From Eubacteriales bacterium (GTDB lineage: Bacteria; Bacillota; Clostridia; Oscillospirales; CAG-272): a stretch of DNA of 64,000 bases. Under the pieces are notes generated by a model, which was given only the letters and a program-made list of their open reading frames with translations, made no database searches and had not been told where the DNA came from. The DNA lies in assembly GCA_045644045.1 (NCBI GenBank), contig JAZRGD010000099.1:7126-71125 (forward strand), read 5' to 3'. This document shows, piece by piece, positions 62,399-64,000 of the stretch. Both the position numbers and the translations under genes were made by a program. Each line of letters begins with the position of its first letter. Positions within the stretch are counted from its first letter, which is position 1.

Positions 62399-63525
62399 TT
62401 TTTCTTCAAGAACTTCTTGAAAAATCCCGTCTTCTTCTCGTTGTTCTTCTCCCCGCAGGAGGCGGCGAACTCACGAAGCTCGGTCTTTTGCTTTTCGTTT
62501 AAGTTCTTCGGAACCTCGATGGTAACGGTAAAGATCAGGTCGCCCCGTCTCTTGGTATTCACGTTGGGCATACCCTTACCGCGCATGGTAAAGGAGGTAC
62601 CGTATTGCGTTCCCTCGGGTATCTCATACTTCTGCGTTCCGTCCAGCGTGGGAATGTCCACCTCCGCGCCAAGGGTCGCCTCGGTAAAGGTGATGGGAAT
62701 TTCGCAATAAATGTTGTCTCCCTCTCTTTGGAAAAGGTTGTGGGGTCTGACCGTCACCTCGACCACCAGGTCCCCCGCAACACCGCCGTTCCGTCCCACG
62801 TCTCCCTTGCCTCTCAGCACGATACGGTTTCCGTTGTCGATACCGGCAGGGATAGAGACGGCAATGCTTCTCTCCACACGGATGTACCCCTTGCCGCTAC
62901 AGTTGCCGCAGGGATTCTTGATGGTCTTTCCCTTGCCGCGACAGGAGGGACAGGGGGAGGAGGATTGCATCACGCCGAACATGGTGCGCTGTTGGGTGGT
63001 GACCTGACCCGAGCCGTGGCACTGCGAGCAGGTCTCTACCGTAGAGCCCTTATCCGCGCCGCTTCCCTTACAGTCGGGACACTCCTCAATATGGCGATAG
63101 GAGAACTCCTTTTTCACACCCGTGACCGACTCCTCAAACTTGAGGGTCACGCGGGCATACACGTCGTCTCCGTCCACAGGGCCGCGGGCGCGACGGCCAC
63201 CGCCGCCTCCGCCACCACCGAAAAAGGAGGAGAAGATGTCACCGAAATCAAAGCCGCCGAAGCCGCCGCCAAAGCCGCCGCCTCCGCCCATGGAGGGATC
63301 AAAGGCCGCGTGGCCGTATTGGTCGTACTTCTGGCGCTTGTCGGCGTCGGACAACACCTCGTAGGCCTCGTTGGCCTCCTTGAATTTAGCCTCCGCCTCC
63401 TTGTCGCCCGGATTCATATCGGGATGATATTTCTTCGCCAAGGCGCGGTATGCCTTCTTTATGTCGGCATCGGTGGCGTTCTTCGCCACGCCCAGCACTT
63501 CATAATAATCTCTTTTTTCCGACAT
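62395..63525 (-). CDS. dnaJ: Molecular chaperone DnaJ
   Basis: RDYYEVLGV...YHPD J-domain, a G/F-rich region and four CxxCxGxG zinc motifs. Start at MSEKRDYY (AAGGTG 6 nt upstream). Confidence 0.95.
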   Translation of the reverse strand: MSEKRDYYEVLGVAKNATDADIKKAYRALAKKYHPDMNPGDKEAEAKFKEANEAYEVLSDADKRQKYDQYGHAAFDPSMGGGGGFGGGFGGFDFGDIFSSFFGGGGGGGGRRARGPVDGDDVYARVTLKFEESVTGVKKEFSYRHIEECPDCKGSGADKGSTVETCSQCHGSGQVTTQQRTMFGVMQSSSPCPSCRGKGKTIKNPCGNCSGKGYIRVERSIAVSIPAGIDNGNRIVLRGKGDVGRNGGVAGDLVVEVTVRPHNLFQREGDNIYCEIPITFTEATLGAEVDIPTLDGTQKYEIPEGTQYGTSFTMRGKGMPNVNTKRRGDLIFTVTIEVPKNLNEKQKTELREFAASCGEKNNEKKTGFFKKFLKKN

Positions 63526-63552
63526 TGCTGTCACCTTTCAAAAATACCCGCA

Positions 63553-63577
63553 GGGAAGGCCGCGTCGCGGCCTTCCC
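63553..63577 (-). promoter_or_regulatory. GC-rich hairpin between dnaK and dnaJ (possible partial terminator or mRNA stabiliser)
   Basis: GGGAAGGCCG-cgtcg-CGGCCTTCCC, a 10-bp stem. On the mRNA strand a U-tract follows after ~9 nt. Confidence 0.5.
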
Positions 63578-63594
63578 CTTCAGGCTTTGGTCTA

Positions 63595-64000
63595 TCAGTT
63601 GGTCTTATCCTCGAAATCGGCATCGTAGTAGGTGCCGTCGTTTGCGCCGCCCTGCGCGCCCTGTGCGGCATCTGCCGCGCCGCTTGCCTGATACATCTTT
63701 TCGGCTACGGCGTGGAAGGCCTTCTCAAGGGCGTCGGTGTCGGCCTTGATGGCCTCGGTGTCGGTGCCCTTCAGGGTCTCCTTCAGCTTTTCGGCGGCAG
63801 CCTTGACGGGAGCCTTATCCTCCTCGGTGAGCTTGTCGCCCATCTCGTCAAGGGTCTTGTCGGCCTGAGAAGCCATATGCTCGGCACGGTTGCGGATCTC
63901 CACGGCCTCCTTCAGCTTCTTGTCCTCCTCAGCGAACTTCTCGGCGTCCTTCACGGCGCGCTCGATGTCCTCCTTGGACATATTGGTGGAGGAGGTGATG
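63595..64000 (-). CDS. dnaK: Molecular chaperone DnaK, C-terminal part (5' end beyond the window)
   Basis: ...SKEDIERAVKDAEKFAEEDKK.KE.VE.RN.AE...: the canonical DnaK lid/C-terminal tail. The frame is open to the window edge. Confidence 0.9.
   Translation of the reverse strand, partial: ITSSTNMSKEDIERAVKDAEKFAEEDKKLKEAVEIRNRAEHMASQADKTLDEMGDKLTEEDKAPVKAAAEKLKETLKGTDTEAIKADTDALEKAFHAVAEKMYQASGAADAAQGAQGGANDGTYYDADFEDKTN

Noticed and set aside
1-64000. Search by eye for rRNA, tRNA, tmRNA, RNase P, CRISPR repeats, transposases, integrases, recombinases, restriction-modification or known defence-system genes.
   Set aside because: I recognised none. There were no GGTTCGAATCC-type T-arm motifs in the intergenic regions I inspected, no spaced direct repeats, and no DDE, tyrosine or serine recombinase-like ORFs. 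Absence is based on visual inspection only and should be confirmed with tRNAscan-SE, Infernal, ISEScan and DefenseFinder.

Overview
This is 64 kb from a moderately GC-rich, Firmicutes/Clostridia-type chromosome. Supporting signs are AGGAGG-type Shine-Dalgarno (SD) sites, sigma-A consensus promoters, greA-lysS, dnaK-dnaJ, prmA-rsmE, comF, and a tandem glycine riboswitch in front of an AGCS symporter. The left 13 kb is the most unusual part. It is an uninterrupted minus-strand array of at least seven paralogous 603-623 aa proteins. Each has a conserved N-terminal region plus right-handed parallel beta-helix repeats, and none has a signal peptide. The array runs off the left edge of the window. 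It appears to be driven by one perfect consensus promoter followed by a ~265-nt leader that contains a strong-SD 39-codon Arg/Pro-rich sORF. It also shows mosaic near-identical segments between non-adjacent members, a repeated GC-rich intercistronic hairpin and an 8-bp tandem repeat. The middle of the window mixes several gene groups. There is housekeeping (ribF, prmA, rsmE, greA, lysS) and an AraC/M81/M24/ASRT-like cluster. There are apparently cytosolic glycan-degrading genes (GH78, two GH99-like/WbsX, GH29, a clan GH-A enzyme), including an operon headed by an XRE HTH fused to an NPP/alkaline-phosphatase-type domain. There is also a low-GC islet (XRE repressor plus an unknown ORF) bracketed by duplicated terminator pairs, a frameshifted ceramidase-like gene, and an esterase cluster. 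The esterase cluster contains an alpha/beta-hydrolase-condensation-domain fusion next to a structured intergenic region. The right part is mostly housekeeping (yebC-family, argS, mutY, comF, AGCS symporter, dnaJ, partial dnaK). I recognised no rRNA, tRNA, CRISPR array, transposase or integrase. All functional calls come from motif and architecture recognition by eye. No database search, HMM scan, fold prediction or numerical statistic was run.
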